Below are positions 1 to 9,832 of a stretch of 64,000 nt of DNA, one piece after another (within the stretch, counting starts at the first letter, position 1; every line of letters begins with the position of its first letter). The translations under genes were made by a program, and so were the position numbers. This stretch comes from a virus (lineage: Duplodnaviria > Heunggongvirae > Uroviricota > Caudoviricetes): IMG/VR virus record IMGVR_UViG_3300017747_005082, positions 73,618 to 137,617 of that record; one strand, 5' to 3'. Under the pieces are notes generated by a model. That model saw nothing but the letters and a program-made list of their open reading frames with translations, was not told the origin of the DNA and searched no databases.

Positions 1-18
1 ACATAACTTTGTTTTTAA

Positions 19-378
19 TTAATTTAATTGATTTGTTTTCTTTAAATATTTTTGAACATCAAATTCAGTTATCTTATATTTAATACCATCATTAGCTTGA
101 ACAACAATTGGATATTTATGACTTTTAGGAGTAATTCCTACAATTTTACAATAAGTTCCATCCTCCAATTCAATCTCAATATTATAATGTTTTTGTTCTA
201 AACCAAAAAGTGAGCAATAAGTAATAAAAGAATTATTATCTTCAATACCTCTATATTGTACTTTGGGTTTAATATTTAGAGAAACACTACCTGTATAATG
301 ATTTATTTTCCATTTCTTTTTTAAACTACTAACAGACATAGTTTTAAAATCAGATTTAAAAACTTCTAAAATATCCAT
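19..378 (-). CDS. hypothetical protein (119 aa)
   Basis: ORF track; promoter-like motif 395-408 just upstream of ATG. Confidence 0.5.
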   Translation of the reverse strand: MDILEVFKSDFKTMSVSSLKKKWKINHYTGSVSLNIKPKVQYRGIEDNNSFITYCSLFGLEQKHYNIEIELEDGTYCKIVGITPKSHKYPIVVQANDGIKYKITEFDVQKYLKKTNQLN

Positions 379-394
379 AACTATTTTTTAACGA

Positions 395-408
395 TGTAAA
401 TATATGAA
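395..408 (-). promoter_or_regulatory. conserved promoter-like motif (coding strand TTCATATATTTACA)
   Basis: + strand tgtaaatatatgaa, 17 nt upstream of the 19..378 ATG. Confidence 0.5.
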
Positions 409-519
409 AATATTTTTAATAATCAAGTACCTTATTAAGGTCTCTGTTTATCACATTTATCTAAACTATCATCTAATATTTTTCTAATAAATAATGATTC
501 TTCAGTTGATTCCTGTTGT

Positions 520-840
520 TTATTTATTTCTGTTATTTTCATTATATATTAAATTTGCTTGTTTTATACCTTCTTCTTCAAAAGATGTTCTACTATTAAA
601 ATTATTTGATATATCTTGTCTTGTTATTGTTGATTTAAGACAATTTAATAAATTACCAAAATATTGTTTTGATGCCCTTTCATAATCAATTTCAATTATT
701 AATCCAATTTCATCTAACCATTGAATAATATATGCCGTTTGGATAAATTTAGGTATATCATCAAACATCACCCTATATGGAGCTAAATCTTGTTTATCTA
801 ACCAATTTAGAAAATCTATTTTAGCTTTATTAGTTAACAT
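520..840 (-). CDS. hypothetical protein (106 aa)
   Basis: ORF track; promoter-like motif 860-873 upstream. Confidence 0.5.
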   Translation of the reverse strand: MLTNKAKIDFLNWLDKQDLAPYRVMFDDIPKFIQTAYIIQWLDEIGLIIEIDYERASKQYFGNLLNCLKSTITRQDISNNFNSRTSFEEEGIKQANLIYNENNRNK

Positions 841-859
841 AATTATTTATTAATTATAA

Positions 860-873
860 TGTAAATATATGAA
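860..873 (-). promoter_or_regulatory. conserved promoter-like motif
   Basis: tgtaaatatatgaa upstream of 520..840. Confidence 0.5.
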
Positions 874-901
874 TTAAAGATTAATAATCCAATACCTAAA
901 T

Positions 902-1468
902 TTATCCTTCAAATTCATAACCATATAATTCTTTAAATTGAATTTCAATATCTGAATCGAGTTTATCTTCTATCTCTTCGTTTTCATCAAGAAATTCTCT
1001 CGTATAACCTCTTTTTACCATTTCATTTATTTTTAGATGATTGAATAATTTCCCATTTTCTGTTAAATAATTATCTTCCAACAATTTTAATCCTTCTAGC
1101 AATCCGATTTCTAATGCTTTTTCATAGGTAGAATACCCACTCCAAGTAGTAACAGCTAAATTCACATAAACTTCATAATATTTCTTTATATTATTGTAAG
1201 GTAAAACATTTACATCTATATTGTGAATCTCTCTTAACCATTTTTGAAGTAATGATTGTGTTGGAGTATCAATAATTTCTGTTAACTCACTTCCCCAATG
1301 AAGTGTTTCTATATCATAAACTGTATTTAAAGACCATTCTCCATCTCCTATTCTTCCATAATTATAATACCCTGAGTATTTATAAAAATCTTCTGAATCT
1401 TCATTAAATTTAAATCCTTTTTCTTTAGCTAATTTAGCTGTTTCGAATGTTATTAGTTGTTCTTTCAT
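902..1468 (-). CDS. MKEQ mosaic-family protein, copy 1 (188 aa); paralog of 56534..56923
   Basis: Shares N-terminal MKEQLI.FETAKLAKEKGF, PTQSLLQKW(L/I)RE(I/V)HNI and YE(K/E)ALE.GLLE blocks with 56534..56923, with near-identical DNA patches. Confidence 0.6.
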   Translation of the reverse strand: MKEQLITFETAKLAKEKGFKFNEDSEDFYKYSGYYNYGRIGDGEWSLNTVYDIETLHWGSELTEIIDTPTQSLLQKWLREIHNIDVNVLPYNNIKKYYEVYVNLAVTTWSGYSTYEKALEIGLLEGLKLLEDNYLTENGKLFNHLKINEMVKRGYTREFLDENEEIEDKLDSDIEIQFKELYGYEFEG

Positions 1469-1471
1469 AAC

Positions 1472-1891
1472 TTATTTCTTTTTATACATTAATCCAGTTA
1501 GATCTCTATTTTGATAAATCATTTCAAAACCAAAGCTTTCATAAAATTTATTTAGTTTATTCTGAATTTTAGGATTTATTTTCAATGTTTCCATTGACAC
1601 CGATTCCAAAAATATACTATCATAATCTGATTTTTTATGAAAATTAAGGAAGTATGATAATAATTGTTTACCATATCCTTGATCTCTGTATTTAGGGTCT
1701 ATAATAATAGTATTAATATATAAAATATTATTATTACTAATATTTTTAGTAACCCATTTTTTATCTAAACCAAAATACTCTTGATGTTTATTAATATCAT
1801 ACCAATTCCATTCAATTCGACCTATATTAATTTCATCTTTAAATATTCTTAATATATTAGATTTGGGATTTTTAACAACAAAAGTAATCAT
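1472..1891 (-). CDS. GNAT-family N-acetyltransferase (139 aa)
   Basis: R/Q-x-x-G-x-G motif 'RDQGYGKQLLSYF' typical of the GNAT acetyl-CoA binding motif A; promoter motif 1917-1930. Confidence 0.5.
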   Translation of the reverse strand: MITFVVKNPKSNILRIFKDEINIGRIEWNWYDINKHQEYFGLDKKWVTKNISNNNILYINTIIIDPKYRDQGYGKQLLSYFLNFHKKSDYDSIFLESVSMETLKINPKIQNKLNKFYESFGFEMIYQNRDLTGLMYKKK

Positions 1892-1916
1892 AACTATATT
1901 GTTTTAATTATTATGT

Positions 1917-1930
1917 TGTAAATATATGAA
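1917..1930 (-). promoter_or_regulatory. conserved promoter-like motif
   Basis: tgtaaatatatgaa 26 nt upstream of the 1472..1891 ATG. Confidence 0.5.
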
Positions 1931-1957
1931 AGTAATCTTAGAAATCAAATTCCAAAA

Positions 1958-2473
1958 TTACTCTATTTTATCTAATTCCTCTAATGCTTTATTATAGAAT
2001 TCTTTATCACTTTCTAAAAATGATAAATTATGTAAATTAGTAATAAATATTTTTAAATTACCTTTACTTTGTGTCTCTAGTTTTGTTTGAATATATTCTT
2101 TTGGTGTTAAAAAATCAATTTCAATAATATTTTGATTGTAATTTACAATTTTTTGAAATTGATTTTTATCCATCACTTCTTTAAAATCCCTATTTTCTTC
2201 ATCAATAGTATGATCCCAACTAAAACTTAATCTAGGAAATTTAACATCTTCATAACCTAAATTATTTTTCAAATTTTCAACAACAATAATTAATAAATCT
2301 GATGAAGAAATATAATTTGCATCTTGTATAGCATTTTTAATTAAATTATCAGTAGTATTATTCATACTATTAATAACATCTTGTTTAAAATCTTCTTCGG
2401 TTTTATTTGGATGAGATAAAAACCAATCAGTGTTTCCATCATAATCCCATTCTGATAAATTAAATATTGTCAT
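1958..2473 (-). CDS. hypothetical protein (171 aa)
   Basis: ORF track. Confidence 0.45.
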   Translation of the reverse strand: MTIFNLSEWDYDGNTDWFLSHPNKTEEDFKQDVINSMNNTTDNLIKNAIQDANYISSSDLLIIVVENLKNNLGYEDVKFPRLSFSWDHTIDEENRDFKEVMDKNQFQKIVNYNQNIIEIDFLTPKEYIQTKLETQSKGNLKIFITNLHNLSFLESDKEFYNKALEELDKIE

Positions 2474-2694
2474 AATTTACTTTTAAGTAATTGTATTTCC
2501 TTTAACAAGCTTTGAATTTCTTCTGTGGATTGTGCTTCATCAGCTCGTCTTTTGATATCAAGTATCTTTTTGTAATTATTTTCGTTTTCTAGGTTTTCCC
2601 TTGACCATTTTTCTAGGTTTTCTTCTGACCATATAAACTTAATAATAATCGTTAAAATAACAATAATCAAAATAAAGATTTTTAATATATCCAT
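2470..2694 (-). CDS. small membrane-anchored coiled-coil protein (74 aa)
   Basis: N-terminal hydrophobic segment ILIIVILTIIIKFIW; promoter motif 2712-2725. Confidence 0.45.
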   Translation of the reverse strand: MDILKIFILIIVILTIIIKFIWSEENLEKWSRENLENENNYKKILDIKRRADEAQSTEEIQSLLKEIQLLKSKL

Positions 2695-2711
2695 AATTTA
2701 AATTTCTATGT

Positions 2712-2725
2712 TGTAAATATACGAA
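2712..2725 (-). promoter_or_regulatory. conserved promoter-like motif
   Basis: tgtaaatatacgaa upstream of 2470..2694. Confidence 0.5.
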
Positions 2726-2735
2726 AAACAATTTA

Positions 2736-3101
2736 TTAGTCTACTACCTTAGTATAATGTCCTATCCTTTTCCTTATTTGATCTTCCAATACAACTTCCA
2801 CTACAATTTCTGTATTAGTTGTTTTATAAAAACCAAATTCCATTTCATTATAATAAACAATATATTTAAATTCATTTTCAAATACATCATCTAGTGTTAA
2901 AACATAAATATTATCAAATAATTCTAAAGAAATATTATGTTTAGTTACTACTAATGGTGTATGAAGATATACTGAGATAAAATCTCCCTGTAACCATTTT
3001 GGTGTTTCTTGTATAATTTCTGTTTTTGATTGATGATGGAACTCTTCTGTTTCACAACTTATCAAAAACAAAGTTAATAACAATAGTTGAAATATTTTCA
3101 T
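2736..3101 (-). CDS. putative lipoprotein (121 aa)
   Basis: Signal peptide ending LFLISC (lipobox-like Cys). Confidence 0.45.
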   Translation of the reverse strand: MKIFQLLLLTLFLISCETEEFHHQSKTEIIQETPKWLQGDFISVYLHTPLVVTKHNISLELFDNIYVLTLDDVFENEFKYIVYYNEMEFGFYKTTNTEIVVEVVLEDQIRKRIGHYTKVVD

Positions 3102-3373
3102 ATTTTTTCTTTTTTAATATAAAACCAATAATATAAAATTTTATTTTGTTTCTACTTTAATTAAAAATAATTTATTATCAAAATTACTATTATCAACCAT
3201 ATTTTTAATAGTATTCGCAACCTTTTCATGATTATCTCCAAATACTTCAATAATATATTTAGCTTTCCCTAAATATTTTCCATCTTTGATAAAATATTCC
3301 CTAGGATTATCTTTAATAGGATAAATTTTATTACTTTTAGAACTTACATAAAATGTTTCTGATGTTGGCATAA

Positions 3374-3865
3374 TTAATTCAGTTTAAATCCAATTTTAAT
3401 TTCCCCAGACCATTGTATTTTAGGTTTTGCACCGGAGAATATAAAGTCTTCTCTCCAATCTCCACTTCCTCTTACTCCTATAATTACAACATCTCCCCAT
3501 TGAAAATCAATTCCTGCTTCTACCCCAGCTCCAGGGTATTTTTCATCACCTCTCCAAATAAATCCTAATTTCCCTCCAGCATAATATCTCCATTCATCAA
3601 AGGTACCATAATTTAGACTTACTCCCATTCCGGTCATCCAATCAGTATATCCACCCTTTAATTTATCAAAATTTCTTATACCTGAATGGATATAAAACCA
3701 ATAACACTGATATTCAATTTCAACTCCTATATTCACTCCTTCTTCTTTAATAGAAGAAAAAGGGTCTGAAATTATATTAAAATTAGCTCTTTCAGTGTCT
3801 CCAAATTTAATTTGTGCTGTGCTACTTACTGTAGTTAATAAAATAGCAAATAGTAGTTTTTTCAT
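3374..3865 (-). CDS. secreted/outer-membrane beta-barrel-like protein; true start probably the internal Met (MKKLLFAILLTTVSSTAQ)
   Basis: Bacteroidetes-type signal peptide; alternating aromatic/Gly-rich strands; C-terminal ...GFKLN; promoter motif 3900-3913 sits inside the longer track ORF 3374..3928, supporting the shorter start. Confidence 0.45.
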   Translation of the reverse strand: MKKLLFAILLTTVSSTAQIKFGDTERANFNIISDPFSSIKEEGVNIGVEIEYQCYWFYIHSGIRNFDKLKGGYTDWMTGMGVSLNYGTFDEWRYYAGGKLGFIWRGDEKYPGAGVEAGIDFQWGDVVIIGVRGSGDWREDFIFSGAKPKIQWSGEIKIGFKLN

Positions 3866-3899
3866 AACCTTAATTTTTAATAATTTATAATTTATATAT

Positions 3900-3913
3900 T
3901 GTAAATATATGAA
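3900..3913 (-). promoter_or_regulatory. conserved promoter-like motif
   Basis: tgtaaatatatgaa upstream of the internal Met of 3374..3928. Confidence 0.5.
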
Positions 3914-4302
3914 AAATAATTTAACCAACCAATTCCATATTTACTTTGATAATTTATATGTTGTTGAACATCCAGCAATACCTACAAATTGTTTCTTTTT
4001 AAGTTTACATTTATTACAATGATATTTAGAAACAGAACCTGAATATCCGTAATAACTATAAGTCTTTTTCCATTTATGTTTACAAAACAATATTTTGGAT
4101 ATTTTTCTTATAAAATTATACATAAATTATTCTGGTAGAATTACCTCGAGCTTCTGCTAAAATCATTCTTCTTTGTTTCATTTGGGTAATTTCCAAAGTA
4201 TCCCAATCAGTATACTCAACTTTCATCATAGTTTGAGTAAAAACTCTATAATGACCATCGATTTCTTGGATTCTAAATTTTCTTCTTAATTTTTTTAATA
4301 AT

Positions 4303-5061
4303 TTAGCTTTCATAATTTCTATGTTGTTTAATTATTCTATAACTTCTTGAATCATATTTATTTTCAGAATCCATCAGTTTTCCTGATAGTAATAAATCCA
4401 TTATTTCATATCTTATTGAATTAGTTTCACAAGCTAAATTACTTTCAATAACATAATCAATTTTTCCATATGGATTATATTTTTGTAACCATTCATCATG
4501 AAATTTAAAATTATATTCTCCAGTTTCCTCATTATATGCATATGTTGACCAATTTAATTTATCAATTTGGGAAATTACAAACATATAGGATATAAATGAA
4601 GGAGAAAATATATTCCAAGGTAAATCTCCATCATTATGTGCTCTATATTCTATATATTGTAAAGCTCTAAATATTTCACCTATTAAAGTATTAGATTCTC
4701 CACTCTCAGGGATATTATTTTTAATAAATTTATCCGTTTGAATTTTTAAATCTTCCGATACAGGAAATAATGGATTTCTTTGTTCCATTTTATGATGAAA
4801 TTTAGGTTCTATCTTATTTATTTTAGTAAATAATCTTGATTCTAATTCCTCAATTGTAATTTGAATATACTCTCCTATATCCACATATCCACATTCTCTG
4901 TTAGAGGAAATAGAAATTTTAGATTTTTTAGCTATTTTAATTAATAAATCATTATTATTATATTTATCTACATATAAAAAATCTTTATTTGGAATTTCTT
5001 TTAATTCATTAATAACTTGAACTATTATTCGTAATTTTTGAATATTTGATAATTGTTTCAT
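4303..5061 (-). CDS. hypothetical protein (252 aa)
   Basis: ORF track; promoter motif 5087-5100. Confidence 0.5.
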   Translation of the reverse strand: MKQLSNIQKLRIIVQVINELKEIPNKDFLYVDKYNNNDLLIKIAKKSKISISSNRECGYVDIGEYIQITIEELESRLFTKINKIEPKFHHKMEQRNPLFPVSEDLKIQTDKFIKNNIPESGESNTLIGEIFRALQYIEYRAHNDGDLPWNIFSPSFISYMFVISQIDKLNWSTYAYNEETGEYNFKFHDEWLQKYNPYGKIDYVIESNLACETNSIRYEIMDLLLSGKLMDSENKYDSRSYRIIKQHRNYES

Positions 5062-5086
5062 AACCTTAATTTTTAAATTTCTATAT

Positions 5087-5100
5087 TGTAAATATACGAA
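5087..5100 (-). promoter_or_regulatory. conserved promoter-like motif
   Basis: tgtaaatatacgaa upstream of 4303..5061. Confidence 0.5.
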
Positions 5101-5353
5101 ATATTGTTTAATATATCAATTCAGATAGTAAATTATTTTAAACAAAACATTTATTTTCGAAATTTAATACCTTTATTCCAATTTTCAATTAACCAATTCA
5201 AAAGTAGAATAAGAAAATAAAATAATAAAAGTACACCAAACAATCCCAATGATAAGCTAGCACCTATTTGTAAATCTACTTCAAAATGAATTAATAAAAA
5301 CATTGTTACTAAATATACTATAGAACAAACAGATAAAATAATGTGTTTTACTT

Positions 5354-5584
5354 TCATAACTCTTTTTTTAAAAATTTATTTATATCCTTTTCAGTTAAAA
5401 ATGGAGTTGTAATTATAGGAAATTCCTCATCAAATCCAAAATATTGTTTTTCTGCTTTACGATTTCCACATCTACACTCATAAACTATTTGTCTAGTTCC
5501 AAATGTAATGTAACGACTCACTATTGGTTTATTATACCAACATATATGCGTTTTTTTAAATAACTTTAATATAAATCGTATCAT
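5354..5584 (-). CDS. small Cys-rich (zinc-ribbon-like) protein (76 aa)
   Basis: C-W...C-R-C-G arrangement. Confidence 0.35.
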   Translation of the reverse strand: MIRFILKLFKKTHICWYNKPIVSRYITFGTRQIVYECRCGNRKAEKQYFGFDEEFPIITTPFLTEKDINKFLKKEL

Positions 5585-5919
5585 AATTCATTGTTTTAAA
5601 ATATTAAAAAACAAATCGTCCAGATAATAAAAAAAAAGAATATTACTAGCCCGATTGCAACCCCTTCATTGTCTTGATTATCTTTCATTGTTTCCTGATT
5701 AATAGTTAGAAGCAAAAGGAATATTAGGATATTTCCAATGTGTAGGAAATAATTCAATTGATTCATCAGAAACATCATAAAATTTTCCTTTTTTGAATAT
5801 CGCAATTTTAGGAGCCATTGGTTTTGAATCCATTCCAACAAAAACCTTTTCGTTTTCTTTTGGTTTGCTTAAATTTAAATCTGTATACATAGTTTTTTAT
5901 TTTAGGGTTTATTTCCTGA

Positions 5920-6147
5920 TTAATGGTTAGTATTTGCGGATAAATCTTTTGCGATTAGATAGGCACAATCAGGCTTGTGTTTTATTTTTGACATTTCTGT
6001 CTGTTTATTGCCGTAGCCTATTATTTCCATTTCATAACAAAAAGGGCATGTTGTTTCATAATAATTTGGAATGATATTTATGACTTTTTTACATAATTCC
6101 TGAACATCCTTTTCTCTTTGTTCAGAATGATTTACATTTACTTCCAT
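5920..6147 (-). CDS. small protein, member 1 of a tandem trio with a shared leader (75 aa)
   Basis: Start context TAATCATTAAGAGTAATGG also precedes 6160..6330; local G+C higher than surroundings. Confidence 0.45.
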   Translation of the reverse strand: MEVNVNHSEQREKDVQELCKKVINIIPNYYETTCPFCYEMEIIGYGNKQTEMSKIKHKPDCAYLIAKDLSANTNH

Positions 6148-6159
6148 TACTCTTAATGA

Positions 6160-6330
6160 TTAGTGTGGATTAATTTTGTTGTACATTTCTACTATAAATT
6201 TAGCATCTTCTACGTTTTCACATACACATATAACTGCATATCTTGCTTCTTCATTCCAACCCTTAACGGAAATTATTTCTTTCGGGTTGTTTTTGTCCTG
6301 TTGCCATCGGCCTAATGTTGGAATTGCCAT
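6160..6330 (-). CDS. small protein (56 aa, below the track cutoff), member 2 of the trio
   Basis: Translated by eye: MAIPTLGRWQQDKNNPKEIISVKGWNEEARYAVICVCENVEDAKFIVEMYNKINPH; preceded by TCATTAAGAGTATGGCAATT. Confidence 0.4.
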   Translation of the reverse strand: MAIPTLGRWQQDKNNPKEIISVKGWNEEARYAVICVCENVEDAKFIVEMYNKINPH

Positions 6331-6351
6331 ACTCTTAATGATTAAAGATTG

Positions 6352-6570
6352 TTATCTAAATCTTACATCTGCTGTTCCGTTACCACCATCATATACTCCT
6401 CTAGTTTCACAACCATTAGAAATACAATATTCATCAAATTTTTTAGCATCTTCATGAGATTTAAAACCCATTGCCCAAATCCAATTGATACCATTTTCTA
6501 TAATAATATCTGGATTAATTGTTTTAGCAAATTCTATTGCTTGTTGACAGTGTATATCTATAATTGCCAT
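6352..6570 (-). CDS. small protein, member 3 of the trio (72 aa)
   Basis: Shares the ATGGCAATT start with 6160..6330. Confidence 0.45.
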   Translation of the reverse strand: MAIIDIHCQQAIEFAKTINPDIIIENGINWIWAMGFKSHEDAKKFDEYCISNGCETRGVYDGGNGTADVRFR

Positions 6571-6853
6571 AATATTTAATCAGTTTATTACATGATTAGG
6601 TAGCTTTTAGTTAGTTAATTTTATTCAGAAATATACAAAGCAATATGTCTAGTTATACCATTATCATCAAATCTATCCATAATTTCTGTTAATGTAATAC
6701 TTTTTATATATGTATCAATTACAGTATTCTTAAGTATATTACCATTTGGTTCATATAATATATTTTCTAATATAAACCATACATTATAAGGTTTATCATT
6801 AAACCAACGATTACCTGATTTTTCATCTTTACTAGGTATATAAAATATTGTCT

Positions 6854-7288
6854 TCATATTATTACAGAATAAATAGTATAAACTAATATATATTTAACAG
6901 TAAATTCTTCATCATCTAAATATTCATATTGTGGGTTAAGATTCCCAATATATTTTCCCCATTTATGCCATCTCCAACCTCCCCCTTTTCCTCGATTTTC
7001 CTTGTTTTGAAATACTGGAGTTATTGATACTATATAAAATTTTTGTAAATCTTTAGTAATATCTTTATAATAATCTGTAATTTGTTCAACTGAATCTGCT
7101 ATTCCATATTCATATGGGGTAAGAGTTTCTAAAAATTCTCCTTTGGGAAAATTAAAATCAAAAATATCTCTATATACTCCTCTTAAAAGAGTATTTTTAA
7201 ATTGAGGGGTATATTCAAAATTATTTTCTTTGGCTACTATCTTTCTTCTTTCAATTTCTTCTATATTTGGAGTTAAATTTATTAACAT
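6854..7288 (-). CDS. hypothetical protein (144 aa)
   Basis: ORF track; promoter motif 7314-7327. Confidence 0.5.
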   Translation of the reverse strand: MLINLTPNIEEIERRKIVAKENNFEYTPQFKNTLLRGVYRDIFDFNFPKGEFLETLTPYEYGIADSVEQITDYYKDITKDLQKFYIVSITPVFQNKENRGKGGGWRWHKWGKYIGNLNPQYEYLDDEEFTVKYILVYTIYSVII

Positions 7289-7313
7289 AATTTCTAATTA
7301 TTAATTTTATATT

Positions 7314-7327
7314 TGTAAATATACGAA
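7314..7327 (-). promoter_or_regulatory. conserved promoter-like motif
   Basis: tgtaaatatacgaa upstream of 6854..7288. Confidence 0.5.
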
Positions 7328-7622
7328 ATAATTATAATAAATATTATACCTTATTGATAAGCTATCCACCAATCCCCTTTAACAAAAATAATTTGAAATT
7401 TATCAAATTCCTCTATCCCTATAGATTTTGATTTTATAGATACATTATATAATATTAATAAAGTTGCAGTTTTATCAACAGTAATAGTATAATTATTAAA
7501 ATCTAATAATTCGATTTTGTTTTTATTTCCTTCATTTTGTGAAGCACTATTAATATATTCCTCAAATTTTTCCTCTTCAATTGAAGGGAAACTATTTTTA
7601 AACTGATTATATTCTTCTATAT

Positions 7623-8147
7623 TCATAACGGATTTAAATGATAATTTGGGTTAAACATTTTAATATGTGGAATTAATATATCAATAATAAAATTAGAAGA
7701 TGGAATTGAATCTTTTTTATTATTGTTACAAGTTTTACATAATGTCATTAAATTATATATACTACTGTTTTTGGATTTTGAATATGGTATTATATGATCA
7801 ACAGTTAAATTTTCTTCAGTATTACAAAATATACAACATTTATCCCTATCTATAATAGTTCTCCTCTTTCCCGGTTTTATTGTACATGATTTCTGTGTCT
7901 GTAATTGAAAATTATTTTTATACCAAAGATAATATGAAATGGAAGGATATAAAAATTTATAAAAATTATTATATTCAATTAATTCATTATCTTCAACTTT
8001 TTTATATGTTGTAAATTGACTAGCATGACCTTGAATACAATATATTTTTGATTTAGTTATAGATTTACTTAAAATATCTTGTAATAATTGATATTTTCTC
8101 CCATGTAATAACTTTCTTTTTCTTGTAATATAATTTGCTAATGTCAT
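7623..8147 (-). CDS. HNH endonuclease (174 aa), free-standing
   Basis: C-x2-C ... VDHIIPYSK ... N..NL..LC..CN..K, a canonical HNH/zinc-finger arrangement. Confidence 0.7.
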   Translation of the reverse strand: MTLANYITRKRKLLHGRKYQLLQDILSKSITKSKIYCIQGHASQFTTYKKVEDNELIEYNNFYKFLYPSISYYLWYKNNFQLQTQKSCTIKPGKRRTIIDRDKCCIFCNTEENLTVDHIIPYSKSKNSSIYNLMTLCKTCNNNKKDSIPSSNFIIDILIPHIKMFNPNYHLNPL

Positions 8148-8153
8148 GAATTC

Positions 8154-8360
8154 TCAATAAATATCATAATAAGGATTTTCAATTACTTTCCAAGTTCCAT
8201 CATTAAAAAGTGAAAGTACATTTTCAATATTATAAATAGTAGAACCATTATTCCAAGTTATATATATTTTTTTAGGCTCAATAATATTACCAACTTTATA
8301 TACAGTTTTTGAATTAGCATTAAATGAAACTCCTATTAAATCATTTATATTTTTATACAT
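8154..8360 (-). CDS. YEIY-family small protein (C-terminus ...YYDIY)
   Basis: C-terminal Y-D-I-Y before stop; promoter motif 8388-8401. Confidence 0.5.
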   Translation of the reverse strand: MYKNINDLIGVSFNANSKTVYKVGNIIEPKKIYITWNNGSTIYNIENVLSLFNDGTWKVIENPYYDIY

Positions 8361-8387
8361 AATTTTAAATTTTACCTTGTAAATATA

Positions 8388-8401
8388 CGAATTATATTTT
8401 A
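8388..8401 (-). promoter_or_regulatory. conserved promoter-like motif
   Basis: tgtaaatatacgaa upstream of 8154..8360. Confidence 0.5.
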
Positions 8402-8482
8402 TATATTATTTACCTAAATTAAAAAATGCTTGGAATGATATTTCTATCTTCCCAAGCATTAATTTATTATATTATATATTAA

Positions 8483-8899
8483 TTAGCAACCACTACCTGC
8501 TGGAGCTGAAGTACCTTCAAAATGAGCTGCAACTATAGTTTTGTTAGAACTATTTATAAACCAAGAATATGTAAAATAATAGGTTGAACCATCTCCTAAT
8601 TTTACTTCAGCATATCCACCTCCGCTAGTTCCTGAAAAGGATGGATTTCCACAAAATCTGATTATATTTCTTGAATTAACTTCATTAGGGTGTTCTGTTA
8701 AATATTCTACTTCAGTAGTAAGAACACTTGTAGCTTCTTTGATTTGTGCTTCTGTTGGCGCTTGAGGAATATTTGGATTTCCATCATCACCTTTTGCTAC
8801 GGTTACTGTTTTTTGTTGGTATTTGTTAGTTGTATCATCTGAACTACATGAAAATAGTGTTGATGAAATTAAAAATAATCCTAAAATTAATCTTTTCAT
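8483..8899 (-). CDS. putative lipoprotein (138 aa)
   Basis: MKRLILGLFLISSTLFSCSSDD lipobox. Confidence 0.5.
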   Translation of the reverse strand: MKRLILGLFLISSTLFSCSSDDTTNKYQQKTVTVAKGDDGNPNIPQAPTEAQIKEATSVLTTEVEYLTEHPNEVNSRNIIRFCGNPSFSGTSGGGYAEVKLGDGSTYYFTYSWFINSSNKTIVAAHFEGTSAPAGSGC

Positions 8900-9556
8900 T
8901 TTTGGTGTAAGTATATTTGATTTTAAATTTTTGTCTACTCTATTCAGTTTTCGACTACCCTGTTAATAAATTTGTTTTTGGCCAATTTAATTTATTTAGC
9001 ACCCTTTATCTTTTCAGTACATCAACGCTACACCACCATTTCTGGATTTACATAAGCTGTCTATAGCACAACATCAAGATAATTAGGGTCACATAGTTAA
9101 TATACTTAACGATTTTAAGTCTGTGTGGTTAAGCATTAAGGTACTGACTAACTTCCTCCCATATTAACTATTTGCTGAGAATTGCATAAAAGCAACCAAG
9201 TCCTCACGGATACTTGCTCATTTGTGTTGTAGCCATTAATACTAATAGACTCTTGTACTTTATTCCTTTCTCAAGGGAACAACACATCTAACATTTCTGC
9301 ATTAACACCATAGACCTGTATTCGATGGAAGACACTACCTTTTTTCCACCAACTGAGTTAGCAACTATACTCAATGCGAATTACTTCTTAGTGACATGTT
9401 AACATCCTGTCAATTCAGGATTAGTATCTTTATGTAAATTATTAGATAAAGCATTTCTTTTCTGGATGTAAAATCTCCATTTATTATGAAACATATTTAT
9501 AATCTCCTTTTCTAATATATTTACAAAGGTATTCAATGTTTAACCTTTTATTTTGT

Positions 9557-9613
9557 TGGGAGAAAAGGATTCGAACCTTTAAGTAATATGCTCTACCAAT
9601 TGAGCTATCTCCC
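9557..9613 (-). tRNA. tRNA-like element (57 nt), apparently lacking a complete anticodon arm; possibly a degenerate tRNA or attachment-site remnant
   Basis: Minus strand GGGAGAT-AG-CTCA-ATTGGTA-GAGC-A...AAAGG-TTCGAAT-CCTTT-TCTCCC-A: acceptor, D-arm and T-arm (GGTTCGAATCC) are recognisable, but only about 8 nt lie where a 17-nt anticodon arm should be. Confidence 0.3.
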
Positions 9614-9625
9614 TATTTTTATTTT

Positions 9626-9832
9626 TTAAATATCTCCAAGACAATCATTATAATGAGAATGTCCACAAGTACAAGTTCCATATCTATCATATATTTCTAC
9701 ATCAAAAGGACAATCCATACCTTTTCCAAATTCTTTTTTATGAATTAACTTAGGAATATTTCTGTTTAAATTTCTTTGATATCTTTTATGGGCTCTTTCT
9801 TTTTTCTTTAAGATCTTATCCTGTCTATTCAT
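9626..9832 (-). CDS. small basic Cys/His-rich protein (68 aa)
   Basis: Lys/Arg-rich N-terminus, then CPFD...CTCGHSHYNDC. Confidence 0.35.
   Translation of the reverse strand: MNRQDKILKKKERAHKRYQRNLNRNIPKLIHKKEFGKGMDCPFDVEIYDRYGTCTCGHSHYNDCLGDI

Noticed and set aside
494-685. + strand ORFs in the track (494..685, 6176..6457, 6349..6579, 11910..12122, 12241..12468, 12545..12730, 15093..15275, 16903..17145, 17364..17654, 21067..21279, 21707..21919, 24884..25195, 25592..25915, 36073..36255, 36328..36603, 37042..37242, 38826..39026, 42979..43194, 44294..44620, 44720..44917, 46348..46536, 46699..46968, 48516..48716, 52661..52846, 53123..53359, 54247..54429, 55913..56233, 59118..59357, 59843..60061)
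   Set aside because: Each lies antisense within a longer minus-strand ORF that has a promoter motif or domain signature. They have low-complexity hydrophobic translations and no upstream motif in + orientation. The genome is otherwise strictly monodirectional.
3866-3928. N-terminal extensions of track ORFs 3374..3928, 39328..39768 and 35669..36142
   Set aside because: The promoter motif (3900-3913) lies inside the extension. A canonical signal peptide or in-phase internal Met sits just downstream in each case. The extensions would overlap the upstream genes by 75-130 nt, so shorter starts are preferred.
9557-9613. Calling this a functional tRNA
   Set aside because: Acceptor, D and T arms fold, but the anticodon arm is missing about 9 nt by hand folding. 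It is kept only as a low-confidence tRNA-like remnant.
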